A stretch of 64,000 nucleotides of DNA, from positions 2,816,001-2,880,000 of the forward strand of contig CBDCXL010000002.1 of the NCBI GenBank assembly GCA_965223795.1. The letters are read 5' to 3'. Positions 10,784 to 20,222 of the stretch are shown here, in pieces. The position numbers were made by a program, and so were the translations under genes. Below the pieces are notes generated by a model. The model was not told the DNA's origin. It worked only from the letters and a program-made list of their open reading frames with translations, and made no database searches. The stretch comes from Nitrospinales bacterium (GTDB taxonomy: Bacteria; Nitrospinota; Nitrospinia; Nitrospinales; VA-1). Numbering within the stretch: position 1 is the first letter of the stretch; every line of letters begins with the position of its first letter.

Positions 10784-12214
10784 ATGGTATTCAACACGAT
10801 CCGATCGCGGTTGACAGCCTGGTACGTGGTGCTTCTCGGCATCATCCTCATCCTGTTCAGCGTGTTCCTGCACTACTTTCTCTCCAAGCGGCTTTACGAA
10901 AGCGTCGACAATTCCCTGAAAGTGTCCGCCACGGTGGTGGCGCAGTCGGCTTCGATGAAGTTCAATCAGGTGCCGCTGCCCGGACTGGAGCGTTTTTTCG
11001 AGCAGTTTCTGGGATATGAGAACCTCAACAAGTTCTACCGCATCTACGACGGCTCCGGAAACGTCGGTTCCCGTTCCAAGGGAGTCAACGCGTCCAAGTT
11101 CCCGCTCACCCAGGAAGCCTATTCGGATGCTCTCAAAGGCAAGACGACGTACGAAACCATCACCATCGACGGGGTGTCTCCCATCCGCATGATCACCATG
11201 CCGGTGCTGCGCGAGGACAAGCTGGTGAACCTGGTGCAGGTCGGGACGTCGCTGGAATCGGTGCAGGAGACGCTCAAGAATCTGCAGATCTTCATGTTCG
11301 CCGCCATCCCTTCGGTGCTGCTGATCGCGACGCTGTTCGGGCGGTTCATGGCGCGGCGCGCGCTCAAGCCGGTGGCCAAAATCATCCAGACGGCGCGCGA
11401 GGTGACCGACGGCGTGGATCTCAGCAAACGCATTCCGGTTCCGGAGGTGCAGGATGAAATCGGCCAGCTGGCCACCACCTTCAACGACATGCTGGACCGG
11501 CTGGACGGCTCGTTCAAGCAGATCCAGCAGTTCAGCAGCGACGCGTCGCACGAACTGCGCACGCCGCTCACCGTGCTGCAGGGGCAGAACGAACTGATCC
11601 TCAACAAGCAGCGCAACGCCAAGGAATACCAGGAGGTGATCTCCAGCAATCTGGAGGAGATCAACTACATGTCGAAAGTTTTAGAGGATCTGTTCGTGCT
11701 GTCGCGTTCGGACGAGAACCAGATCCAGCTCGACTGCAAGCCGATGGACCTGCGCGAGATCATCGACGAGGTCTACAAACACGCGGAAGCGCTGGCGGCG
11801 GACAAAAACATCCGCATCGCCATCGCCTTTCTGGAGCCGGTCAGCATCAACGGCGACCCGGTGCGTCTCAGGCAGATGGTGTGGAACATCCTGCACAACG
11901 CGATCAAATACACGCCGCCGGGAAAGCAGATCAAGATTTCGTTGGAAGACCAGGGGGAATCGGCGTATCTGACGGTGCAGGACACCGGCATCGGCATTTC
12001 CGAGGAGGATCTGCCCCACATCTTCGACCGGTTCTTCCGGGTGGACAAGGCCCGGTCGCGCAAGGAAGGCGGCAGCGGACTGGGGCTCAGCATCTGCAAG
12101 CACATCGTCGAAGCCCACAAAGGCCGCATCGACGTGGAGAGCGAACTCGGCAAGGGCACCAAGTTCAAGATCCGGCTGCCCAAGATCGCCTCGATGAAAT
12201 CCCTCACCGCGTGA
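10784..12214 (+). CDS. Sensor histidine kinase, heavy-metal (CusS/CzcS) type
   Basis: 2 TM, HAMP, DASHELRTP H-box, NAIKYT, DTGIG, GSGLGLSI. Confidence 0.93.
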   Translation: MVFNTIRSRLTAWYVVLLGIILILFSVFLHYFLSKRLYESVDNSLKVSATVVAQSASMKFNQVPLPGLERFFEQFLGYENLNKFYRIYDGSGNVGSRSKGVNASKFPLTQEAYSDALKGKTTYETITIDGVSPIRMITMPVLREDKLVNLVQVGTSLESVQETLKNLQIFMFAAIPSVLLIATLFGRFMARRALKPVAKIIQTAREVTDGVDLSKRIPVPEVQDEIGQLATTFNDMLDRLDGSFKQIQQFSSDASHELRTPLTVLQGQNELILNKQRNAKEYQEVISSNLEEINYMSKVLEDLFVLSRSDENQIQLDCKPMDLREIIDEVYKHAEALAADKNIRIAIAFLEPVSINGDPVRLRQMVWNILHNAIKYTPPGKQIKISLEDQGESAYLTVQDTGIGISEEDLPHIFDRFFRVDKARSRKEGGSGLGLSICKHIVEAHKGRIDVESELGKGTKFKIRLPKIASMKSLTA

Positions 12215-12274
12215 GCGCACGTTCACAAAATCGTCGTCATTCCACCCGGACGCCCCGGATAAAACAACAAATCG

Positions 12275-12697
12275 ATGATCCTGGAAGATCAAATTGACAT
12301 TCAAGCCTCAAAAGAACGGGTCTGGCAGGTGACGATCGATGTGGAGTCCTGGCCGCTATGGTCGCCGGCCATGGAAACAATCGTTCGCCAGGATTCGGGA
12401 GAGTTTAAAGTCGGCAGCTCTGCTTTGGTCAAACAAAAACTGATTCCTGAAACTCGGTGGGAGGTTGTGGAATTGAGTCCAGGTCACGGCTTTGCATGGA
12501 AAACAGAAGTTTGGGGAATGAAAATGCAGGCGACACACTTGCTCGTTCCCGGTGATTCCGCCGTCACCAGCGTTCTTAAAATTGATATCAAAGGGGGCGT
12601 CGCGAAGGTTTTGTGGCCTCTGCTGAAACCTCAGGTGCTGCGGGCATTGAAAGAAGAAAATCGCGGACTGAAAAAATATTGCGAATCCAAAAGTTGA
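12275..12697 (+). CDS. SRPBCC/polyketide cyclase-like protein
   Basis: IDIQAS.ERVW...DVESWP.W and C-terminal GLKKYCE helix. Confidence 0.85.
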   Translation: MILEDQIDIQASKERVWQVTIDVESWPLWSPAMETIVRQDSGEFKVGSSALVKQKLIPETRWEVVELSPGHGFAWKTEVWGMKMQATHLLVPGDSAVTSVLKIDIKGGVAKVLWPLLKPQVLRALKEENRGLKKYCESKS

Positions 12698-12915
12698 ATG
12701 AATCCGGACTTTTCATCAGCGCGTGCGCGCGTTGCCGGGAATTCCCCCCTCTACATCTTTTAAAGGTGGGAATTGATATCAAAGGGGGCGTCGCGAAGGT
12801 TTTGTGGCCTCTGCTGAAACCTCAGGTGCTGCGGGCATTGAAAGAAGAAAATCGCGGATTGAAAAAATATTGCGAATCCAAACGTTGAACAAATCCGGAT
12901 TTCTCATCAGCGCGT
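12580..12915. repeat. Direct repeat, 2 x 145 bp with 46-bp spacer, duplicating the SRPBCC gene 3' end
   Basis: 12580-12724 vs 12771-12915: 6 mismatches, first 88 bp identical. Confidence 0.95.
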
Positions 12916-12919
12916 TGGT

Positions 12920-13387
12920 TTAATCCGTCAGCGCGATATCGAAATGCAGCACTTCCTCCCGTTTTCCCAGTTTTGAGTACAGCGCTTCGGCGGGCGCGTC
13001 GCCGGCATCGGCCTGCACGATCAGGACATGGGCTTTGCGCGTCACCGCAATTTTCTTCACTTCCAGGATCAGGGCCGTTGCGATTCCCTGACGCCGGTGC
13101 GCGGCCGCAACGGCGAGATCGTAAATGTAGAATTCGCTGCGCTCCTGTTCAAACTTCTTAAATTCATAGGCCGTGATCCCGCCCACGACCTTCCCGTTTT
13201 TCAGCGCGGCGAGGGCGAAGAAATGTTCGCTGCCGAGCAGGCGCTCAAGGTAAGAGGAGCTGGGCTGAGCGCCGCAATAGGTCTCAGCTTCGCCGAAAGC
13301 CTTGCCGAATGTGGTCAACATCGCGCGCATCAGCGCCACGTCTTCAGATGAGAGCGAATGGATGCGGAAAGATCGGGAAGTGGGCAT
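12920..13387 (-). CDS. aac(3)-I: AAC(3)-I family aminoglycoside N-acetyltransferase (GNAT)
   Basis: KFEQERSEFYIYDLAV..AHRRQGIATALI, VQAD.GD.PA.ALYSKLG.REEVLHFDI. Confidence 0.85.
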   Translation of the reverse strand: MPTSRSFRIHSLSSEDVALMRAMLTTFGKAFGEAETYCGAQPSSSYLERLLGSEHFFALAALKNGKVVGGITAYEFKKFEQERSEFYIYDLAVAAAHRRQGIATALILEVKKIAVTRKAHVLIVQADAGDAPAEALYSKLGKREEVLHFDIALTD

Positions 13388-13467
13388 GACTCAGTTTGAC
13401 CCGCGGCGTTGTTTGACAACACAGGGACATCCGCTGCGGGTCGATAGCGGCCGCAACACCGTTGTTC

Positions 13468-14979
13468 TTAGTGGATCTGGATGATGACGTTTTTCACCTG
13501 GGTGTAGGATTCCAGGGCGTGCACGCCCATTTCCCGGCCGTAGCCGCTGCGCTTGTAGCCGCCGAACGGCGCCGCCGCGTCGAAAATGTTGTGGCAGTTC
13601 ACCCAGACGGTTCCCGCCTTCAGTTCGCGGGCCACCTTGTGGGCCTTATTGATGTCTTTGGTCCACACGCTGGCGGCGAGGCCGTAGGTGGTGCTGTTGC
13701 CGCGCTCGATCACTTCATCCAGATCCTCGAACGGCGCCGCGGCCAGCACCGGGCCGAAGATTTCCTCCTGCACGATGCGCATCCCGGTCTCGATGCTGTC
13801 GAACACCGTGGGCTCGACGAAGCAGCCCTGTTCCATGTCGCCGCCGGGCGTCTTGCCGCCGGTGAGGGTTTTGGCGCCTTCGGATTCGCCCGAGCGGATG
13901 AATCCCAGCACCCGTTCCTGCTGTTCTTTTGAGACCAGGGGGCCCATTTCCGTTTCCGGGTGCAGGCCGGGGCCGAGTTTGATCTTCTGCGCGTGGTCGG
14001 ACACCCGCTCCACCAGTTCCTGGTAGATTTTCCGGTGCACCAGAAGCCGGGATCCGGCGGCGCAGCACTGCCCGTGGTTGAAAAAGATGGCGCCGGAGAC
14101 GCCGAGCGCGGCGGTTTCCAGATCGGCGTCGGGAAAGACGATGCTCGGCGATTTGCCTCCCAGCTCCAGGGTGACGCGCTTGAGGTTGCCGGCGGAGGCC
14201 TTGACGATCTCGTGTCCCACTTCGGTGCTGCCGGTGAAGGCGACCTTGTCCACGTCCATGTGCTGGGCGAGGTGTGCCCCGGCGTCGCCGAACCCGGTGA
14301 CGATGTTCACCACGCCGTCGGGAAACCCGGCCTCGGCGAACAGGTCCGCCAGCCGCAGCGCCGAGAGCGGCGTCTGCTCGGCGGGTTTGAGTACCACGCA
14401 GTTGCCCGCGGCCAGCGCCACACCCATTTTCCAGGCGGCCATGAGCAGCGGAAAATTCCAGGGGATGATCTGGCCGACCACGCCCATCGGCTCTCTGCGG
14501 GTGAAATCGAAAAACTCCGCGCCCGGTGCGTACGGCACGGAGATGTCGATGGTCTCGCCGTGGATCTTGCTGGCGAGTCCGGCGTAGTAGCGGAAATGAT
14601 CGACGACCAGCGGGATGTCGGCGGCGCGCGAGATGGCGATCGGCTTGCCGTTGTCCAGCGTTTCGAGCTGGGCGAATTCCTCCAGATTGGCTTCGATGAG
14701 GTCCGCGAGTTTCCAGATCAGCTTGCCCCGCTCGGAGACGGTGATCTTCTTCCAGGGGCCGCTTTCGAAGGCGCGGCGGGCGGCGGCGACGGCGCGGTCG
14801 ATGTCCTCCGCACCGCCCCTGGGGACGGAGGTCAGCCGCTTGTTGGTTGCGGGGTCCAGCACTTCAAAGGTCTCTCCGCTCGCGGCGTCGACGCGTTTGC
14901 CGTCGATCAGCAGTTTCTGCGGGCGGTTCAGGAACGTCTGGATGGCGCTTATGGGTTCGGGTATGGTTGCGGTGGTCAT
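13468..14979 (-). CDS. NAD-dependent aldehyde dehydrogenase
   Basis: IIPWNFP, FTGSTEVG, LELGGKSP, GQCCAAG, EEIFGPV. Confidence 0.95.
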   Translation of the reverse strand: MTTATIPEPISAIQTFLNRPQKLLIDGKRVDAASGETFEVLDPATNKRLTSVPRGGAEDIDRAVAAARRAFESGPWKKITVSERGKLIWKLADLIEANLEEFAQLETLDNGKPIAISRAADIPLVVDHFRYYAGLASKIHGETIDISVPYAPGAEFFDFTRREPMGVVGQIIPWNFPLLMAAWKMGVALAAGNCVVLKPAEQTPLSALRLADLFAEAGFPDGVVNIVTGFGDAGAHLAQHMDVDKVAFTGSTEVGHEIVKASAGNLKRVTLELGGKSPSIVFPDADLETAALGVSGAIFFNHGQCCAAGSRLLVHRKIYQELVERVSDHAQKIKLGPGLHPETEMGPLVSKEQQERVLGFIRSGESEGAKTLTGGKTPGGDMEQGCFVEPTVFDSIETGMRIVQEEIFGPVLAAAPFEDLDEVIERGNSTTYGLAASVWTKDINKAHKVARELKAGTVWVNCHNIFDAAAPFGGYKRSGYGREMGVHALESYTQVKNVIIQIH

Positions 14980-15217
14980 GGTTTTCTCCCAAACTATGAG
15001 GCTTTATCGGTTCCGGCCGGGCCGGAACGGGGTCGTCTTTGTACGGGGTTCGATGGCTTCATTATTATATGGAATGCAGCAAAATCAAACCCCTTTTTCG
15101 GGGCCGGGGGCGGCTGTGAATGGGGGTTTCAGATGCGGCAAGAACCTGGAAACAGGGCGGGTCGGGTGCGGGCTGCGCGCAGGGGAGGCTGCCGGGGCAG
15201 CGGCAGAAGCGTCCGGG

Positions 15218-15679
15218 TCAGTTGATCCAGATGAGGGGCTTGTGGATCCAGGCGACATCTCCGGCGCTGTCCTGGATCTGCACCCAGTTGCCTTTCTCCT
15301 TGATGACCTTCATGGAGAAGTACTTGTCGACGGGGCTCCAGGCGACCTGCGGATAGTCGGTGCCGGGGCCTTTTCTCAGGTTGGTCTCGTTTTCCTTGAT
15401 CACCGCACATTTGTACTTTTTGGTGATGAGCTTCTGGTGCACCCAGTAGATGTCTCCGTCGAGATCCTGCACGCGGTACCACTTGCCTTTTTTCTTCAGT
15501 TCCTTGAAAGGCATGTACTGGAACACCTGCCACAGCTTTTCAAAGTGGGTGCCCGGACCCTGGCGCAGGTTGGCTTTCTTGTTGCTGATGCACAGGGCCT
15601 CGGACTCCGCGCCCAGGGATAGAAGGAAGAAAACGGAACCGATGACGATGGCGAAGAAGGGTCTGTTCATGGTCTGCAT
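15218..15679 (-). CDS. Exported tandem bacterial SH3-domain protein
   Basis: Signal peptide; two NLR.GPGT...W..V.D..G...W.H repeats. Confidence 0.85.
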   Translation of the reverse strand: MQTMNRPFFAIVIGSVFFLLSLGAESEALCISNKKANLRQGPGTHFEKLWQVFQYMPFKELKKKGKWYRVQDLDGDIYWVHQKLITKKYKCAVIKENETNLRKGPGTDYPQVAWSPVDKYFSMKVIKEKGNWVQIQDSAGDVAWIHKPLIWIN

Positions 15680-15997
15680 CCGGCGTTTCCGATGAAGAAC
15701 AGTTTTGTATTGTGTCGTCCTTCAAAAAAGCAAAAGGAGAAAAAGCAAACGTCCGCTTTATCTCCTACACACAATGATATCAAATAATTCGGACGAATTC
15801 GAGGTTTTCTTTCCGCTCGCGGCGCCCCGCGCGGCGGATTTTTTTGATCTGCGGAGGAAGGCGGCGTTACAATTCCCGCGCCAGAATGTTCGACGGAATA
15901 GCACAGGGGCTTTTCTTTTTCAAGGCGGAAACTCCGGCAGGGCCTGAGCCCGGATGTTTGCGCCCGTTGCGAGCCACTTTTTTCATCGGGGCCAGGC

Positions 15998-17131
15998 ATG
16001 CTCCTCGCACTGACATTCATGCAGTTTGCGGTACTCTTGGCCGTGGCCGCCTATCTCACGGTCAACCTGCTGCACCTCGTGCGCCTCACACCGGCGACGG
16101 AAGCGGTGCAGCCCGCGCCGCTGGTGTCGGTCTGCGTCCCGGCGCGCAACGAGGCGCGCGACATCGAGCGCTGCCTGATCTCGCTGCTGGCGCAGGATTA
16201 CCCGCGCTTCGAGGTGATCGCCGTGGACGACCATTCGACCGACGGCACCGGCGCCATCCTGGAGCGGTTGTCCCGGCAGGACGCAAGGCTGACCGCGCTC
16301 AAGGGTGCGGCGCTGCCGGAAGGCTGGCTGGGCAAGCCCTTCGCGCTGCACCAGGCGCAGGCGAAAGCCAAAGGCGAGATCCTGCTGTTCACCGACGCGG
16401 ACCTGTTCTTCGAGCCGCACGCCCTGACCAGCTCCGTGCACGTTCTGGAGCAGCGGCAAGTGGATCTGTTGACGCTGATGCCGGGCTCCCGGTTCGTGTC
16501 GTTCTGGGAGCGCGCGGTGCAGCCGGTGGTGTTCGGGATGATCGCGGCGCTCAGCCGCTTTCGCAGGATCAACCGGCCGGAGTTCACCACCGCCGTGGGG
16601 TTCGGGGCGTTTCTCATGTTCCGGCGCGACGCGTATGCGAAGACAGGCGGCCACGAGAGCGTGCGCCTGGAGGTGGTGGAGGACATGATGCTGGCGAAAC
16701 GCGCCAAGAAGATGGGGTTTCGCCTGCTCGCCGCCGAGGGGAAGACGCTGCTGTCGCTGCGCATGTACCATTCGCTGGCGGAGATCTGGGCGGGCTGGCG
16801 CAAGAACCTGTTTCTCGCGCTGAAACGCTCGGTGCCGCGGACGCTGTATTACGCCGCGGTGCTGGTGGTGTTTCTGACCACGCCGTGGGTCCTGCTGGCG
16901 GCCAACCTCATAGCCGGGAGCGGCTGGCTGGGCACGGGCACCGCCGTCTGCGGCGTCGCGGTGTCGCTGGCGGCGTCGTTCAAGCTGTGCCGGGAACTGA
17001 AGATGGGGCTGGCGAACGCCCTGCTGTTCCCGCTGGGCGCGCTGGTGGCGGCGGCGATCATGCTAAACTCGATGGCGCAGGCGCTCCTCTGGCGGCGCAC
17101 CCAATGGCGCGGCCGGACCTACGAAGCCTGA
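15998..17131 (+). CDS. Family 2 glycosyltransferase (HpnB/CrtQ-like)
   Basis: VPARNEA, VDDHSTDGT, GWLGKP, FTDAD, VEDM, RMY; C-terminal TMs and WRGR. Confidence 0.88.
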   Translation: MLLALTFMQFAVLLAVAAYLTVNLLHLVRLTPATEAVQPAPLVSVCVPARNEARDIERCLISLLAQDYPRFEVIAVDDHSTDGTGAILERLSRQDARLTALKGAALPEGWLGKPFALHQAQAKAKGEILLFTDADLFFEPHALTSSVHVLEQRQVDLLTLMPGSRFVSFWERAVQPVVFGMIAALSRFRRINRPEFTTAVGFGAFLMFRRDAYAKTGGHESVRLEVVEDMMLAKRAKKMGFRLLAAEGKTLLSLRMYHSLAEIWAGWRKNLFLALKRSVPRTLYYAAVLVVFLTTPWVLLAANLIAGSGWLGTGTAVCGVAVSLAASFKLCRELKMGLANALLFPLGALVAAAIMLNSMAQALLWRRTQWRGRTYEA

Positions 17132-17154
17132 CTGAAACTGTAAAAGGAGATCGC

Positions 17155-18057
17155 ATGGAAAACTACCCGAGACTGTTCATCAAGGCCGGGCTGATCTACG
17201 CGCTGATCGGCGCGGTGCTGGGGATTGCCATGAGCGTCGACCCCGGCCTCGCCGGGCGCATCCGCTTCGTCCACATCCACCTCAACCTGCTCGGCTTCAT
17301 GACGATGTTCATCGCCGGCGTGGCCTTCCACGTGCTGCCGCGTTTCAACGCCAACCCGGTGCCCTGGCCCGCGGGCGTGAAATACCAGTTTTATCTGCAG
17401 AACGTGGGCCTCATCGGCATGGTGGCGCTGCACGCAACCGGCGGGCCGCGGCCGCTGTTCGTGCTGTCTGCGGCTCTCGCAGGTGTGGCGATCGCGTTCA
17501 TGTTCTACAACCTGTATTTCGTCCTGCGCCCGGCGCAGCCCGCCAGCCCGAAACCCCAACGCATCACCGGCGACATGAAGGTCTCGGAAGTGCTGGAACA
17601 CTTTCCCCAGTCGATGCCGCTGTTTCTCAAGGCGGGCTTCACGGCGCTCAACAACCCGGCGGCGCGGCAGACCTTCGCCAAAGTGGTGACGGTCGCCAAG
17701 GCCTGCGAAAAGCACGGCGTGGACGCCGGGGAGTTCGTGCGCGGCCTCAACGCGGCGCTTCTGGGCAAGGCGCAACCGCCGCCGCAGGCCGCCGCCGCAA
17801 AACCCGAAGCGGCGGCGGGGCAGGGCAAGGAGATCGACAAAGGCGAACTGTGCGCCGGAGACACACGCGTCGGCAGCCTCATCAAGGTGTATCCCGCCAC
17901 CAAGGCGGTGTTCGAGAAGCATTACGGCGAGGGCTGCTTTTCCTGCCCCGGCCAGATCTACGAAACCGTCGGCCAGACCGCCGAGATGCACAACATCGAC
18001 CCGCAAGTCATCGTGCGCGAAATCAACGCGGTGATCGAGAAAGAGAATGAGAAATGA
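17155..18057 (+). CDS. Membrane protein with His-containing 4-TM domain and two DUF1858-like domains
   Basis: AAAGGAG RBS, ATG 17155; HIHLNLLGF...HVLPRF; two DUF1858-like repeats, the second with CFSC. Confidence 0.75.
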   Translation: MENYPRLFIKAGLIYALIGAVLGIAMSVDPGLAGRIRFVHIHLNLLGFMTMFIAGVAFHVLPRFNANPVPWPAGVKYQFYLQNVGLIGMVALHATGGPRPLFVLSAALAGVAIAFMFYNLYFVLRPAQPASPKPQRITGDMKVSEVLEHFPQSMPLFLKAGFTALNNPAARQTFAKVVTVAKACEKHGVDAGEFVRGLNAALLGKAQPPPQAAAAKPEAAAGQGKEIDKGELCAGDTRVGSLIKVYPATKAVFEKHYGEGCFSCPGQIYETVGQTAEMHNIDPQVIVREINAVIEKENEK

Positions 18058-18060
18058 TTC

Positions 18061-18291
18061 GACAGGATGGACAGGATAAAATACGGATAAAACCGGAACC
18101 CCTTTGTCTCGCGCCAAGCCGCAAAGAAAAGAATGAGACAGGATAAAAACAAAAAACCGTCTCGCGCAAAGACGCGAAGCCGCAAAGAAAAGCATTGGAC
18201 AGGATTGACAGGATAAAAACCCAAAACCAACAAAGGCCGCAAGTTTAAAAATTCCTCTCCCCTGGAGGGAGAGGATTTAGGTGAGGGGGAA
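18061..18291 (+). repeat. Cluster of short repeat motifs A (GACAGGATnnACAGGAT), B (CGCAAAG-rich) and C (CCTCTCCC/GGGAGAGG hairpin + GGTGAGGGG)
   Basis: A at 18061, 18137 (half), 18198; B at 18107, 18160; C at 18253-18291. Confidence 0.85.
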
Positions 18292-18338
18292 TAAAAAAAT
18301 GCTTCCTTAGCGTTAGGTGAGAGGGGAAGGCGTAAACG

Positions 18339-18671
18339 ATGAACCGCTCCGGGGAAGACAACGCGTTCGTGGATTTCGTGCTCGATCAATTGAAGGGCCT
18401 GGGGGCGGTGCACGCGAAGCGGATGTTCGGCGGCTTCGGGCTGTACCACCGCGAACTGTTCTTCGCCATCGTCGCGGACGAGCGGCTGTATTTCAAAACC
18501 GACGCCACCACCACCGCCGAATACAGAGAGTGGGGCATGCAGCCGTTTCAGCCCAGTGACAAGCAGACGCTGAAAAACTATTACGAGGTCCCGGCCGACA
18601 TCCTGGAAGATGACGAACGCCTGACCGCATGGGCACAAAAGGCGGTTGGGGTGAGTTTGAAGGGGAGGTAA
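18339..18671 (+). CDS. TfoX/Sxy N-terminal domain protein
   Basis: KRMFGGFGLY, LYFK, YYEVPADILED. Confidence 0.88.
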   Translation: MNRSGEDNAFVDFVLDQLKGLGAVHAKRMFGGFGLYHRELFFAIVADERLYFKTDATTTAEYREWGMQPFQPSDKQTLKNYYEVPADILEDDERLTAWAQKAVGVSLKGR

Positions 18672-18783
18672 GTATGAATATGAAAAGGATCGAAGTTGAA
18701 AAAAATGAGTAAAAATGGTGCTTGAATAGTAAAAGGATAGTTTAGATCAAAATTAAGCAATAGTCGATGTGTAGGAGTTTTAG

Positions 18784-19326
18784 TTGGTCAATATAAAACT
18801 GCTAATTGATCCAAGTATATTTCTTGTTATCACAGGATTTTTAACACTAGTATGGTTAATATATAAAGAATTTTATTTTAGAGCTAGGGTAAGCGTAGAA
18901 TTTTATTTAGGATCTATTGAGTTAACCGATTCTAGTATTCCTACATGGGCAGAAGATTCACCTGCTGTTATTAGTGGTGGAGTCGTAAATTTAACCTTAT
19001 CAGCTACAAATAAAGGGCCTGGAAACGTAAAAATCACTTCCATAATTCTAAAAAAGTCTTCTTTTTTTCGAAAACTTTTTAGGAAAGTAAAATATATTTG
19101 GCATCCTTTTGGATATGATTATTTTTCCACAAACGAAATGCCTGTTGAAATTAAGGAAACAAACACTGCAACTTGGAGTATTAATTATGATCAAACGGTT
19201 GAGAATTTATTAAATGAGTATACACATATTGGAGTAAGCGATTCTTATGGTAGGAAGCATTGGGCTTCAAGAAAAGAATTTAAAAAAGTAAAGAAAGAAT
19301 TAAAAAATTTAATAAATCAAAGATAA
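18784..19326 (+). CDS. AT-rich hypothetical protein with N-terminal membrane anchor
   Basis: 180-aa ORF in a markedly AT-rich segment; AGGAG RBS before TTG. Confidence 0.65.
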   Translation: MVNIKLLIDPSIFLVITGFLTLVWLIYKEFYFRARVSVEFYLGSIELTDSSIPTWAEDSPAVISGGVVNLTLSATNKGPGNVKITSIILKKSSFFRKLFRKVKYIWHPFGYDYFSTNEMPVEIKETNTATWSINYDQTVENLLNEYTHIGVSDSYGRKHWASRKEFKKVKKELKNLINQR

Positions 19327-19335
19327 AAAAATTCT

Positions 19336-19385
19336 TTTGCGTCTTTGCGCGAGGCCGCTTTTGCTTTTATCCTGTTCATCCTGTC
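19336..19385 (-). repeat. Inverted copies of repeat motifs B and A
   Basis: TTTGCGTCTTTGCGCGAG 19336-19353; TTTTATCCTGTTCATCCTGTC 19365-19385. Confidence 0.85.
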
Positions 19386-20179
19386 TATTTCTTCTTCGCT
19401 TCCTGCCAGAGTGCCTCCAGTTCGTCGAGGGGGGTGTCTTTCATCTGTTGGCCTTTTTGGGCGAGTTGCCGTTCCATGTGCTGGAACCGCTGGATGAATT
19501 TGTTGTTGGTGCCACGCAGGGCTTCTTCGGCGTCGATCTTCTGGAAGCGGGCGAGGTTGACGAGCACGAACAGCACGTCGCCGAACTCGCTTTCGATGTC
19601 GTTTTCTTTCCCTGACAGCACCGCTTCCTTGAATTCGGCGATCTCTTCGTCGAGCTTGTCGAACACGGCGGTGATCTGATCCCAGTCGAAGCCGTGCTTG
19701 GCGGCTTTCTTCTGCAGCTTCTGCGCGCGCGCCAGGCCCGGCAGGTGGTGCGGGATGCCGTCGAGCAGCGATTCGCGTTTTGATTTCCCTTTCTCGTTTT
19801 TCTTGATCTCCTCCCACTGGTGCACGACGGCGTCCGGCGTGTCGGCCTCGGCGTCCTTGAAGACGTGCGGGTGCCGCCGCACCATCTTGTCGGCGATCGT
19901 GTTTACCACGTCCTGTATGGCGAACTCTTTGTTGTTCTCGGCGATCTTGGCGTGGAACAGGATCTGGTAGAGCAAATCGCCCAGTTCCTCCTTGATGGCC
20001 TCGGGGTCGTTGCTGTCGAGCGCTTCCAGGGTTTCGTAGGCTTCCTCGACGAGGTAGGGCTTGAGGGTCTCGCGCGTCTGCACGCGGTCCCAGGGGCAGC
20101 CGTTCTCGCTCATGAGCGTGTTGACGATGGCGACGAGTTGTCCGAACGCCGCGGCCGGGTCTTTGCTTTCGTGTTTCAT
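19385..20179 (-). CDS. mazG: Nucleoside triphosphate pyrophosphohydrolase MazG
   Basis: GCPWDRVQT, EEAYE, EELGDLL, RRHPHVF; tandem MazG domains. Confidence 0.95.
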   Translation of the reverse strand: MKHESKDPAAAFGQLVAIVNTLMSENGCPWDRVQTRETLKPYLVEEAYETLEALDSNDPEAIKEELGDLLYQILFHAKIAENNKEFAIQDVVNTIADKMVRRHPHVFKDAEADTPDAVVHQWEEIKKNEKGKSKRESLLDGIPHHLPGLARAQKLQKKAAKHGFDWDQITAVFDKLDEEIAEFKEAVLSGKENDIESEFGDVLFVLVNLARFQKIDAEEALRGTNNKFIQRFQHMERQLAQKGQQMKDTPLDELEALWQEAKKK

Positions 20180-20222
20180 AAATTGTTACAGTGTCTTCAG
20201 GGTTGATGTTGGATGTGCAAAT

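Noticed and set aside
12580..12915. Diversity-generating retroelement TR/VR pair
   Set aside because: Mismatches are not adenine-specific and no reverse transcriptase is present in the window; the same applies to the 4063-4172 repeat.
12870..13467. attC sites around aac(3)-I
   Set aside because: Imperfect hairpins exist, but I could not identify proper RYYYAAC/GTTRRRY boxes and there is no integrase.
15844..18057. 737-aa ORF as a single gene
   Set aside because: Its first 437 codons shadow the GT2 gene in another frame; the real start is the RBS-preceded ATG at 17155.
18056..18300. CRISPR array
   Set aside because: Repeats vary in length and sequence, spacing is irregular and no cas genes are present.
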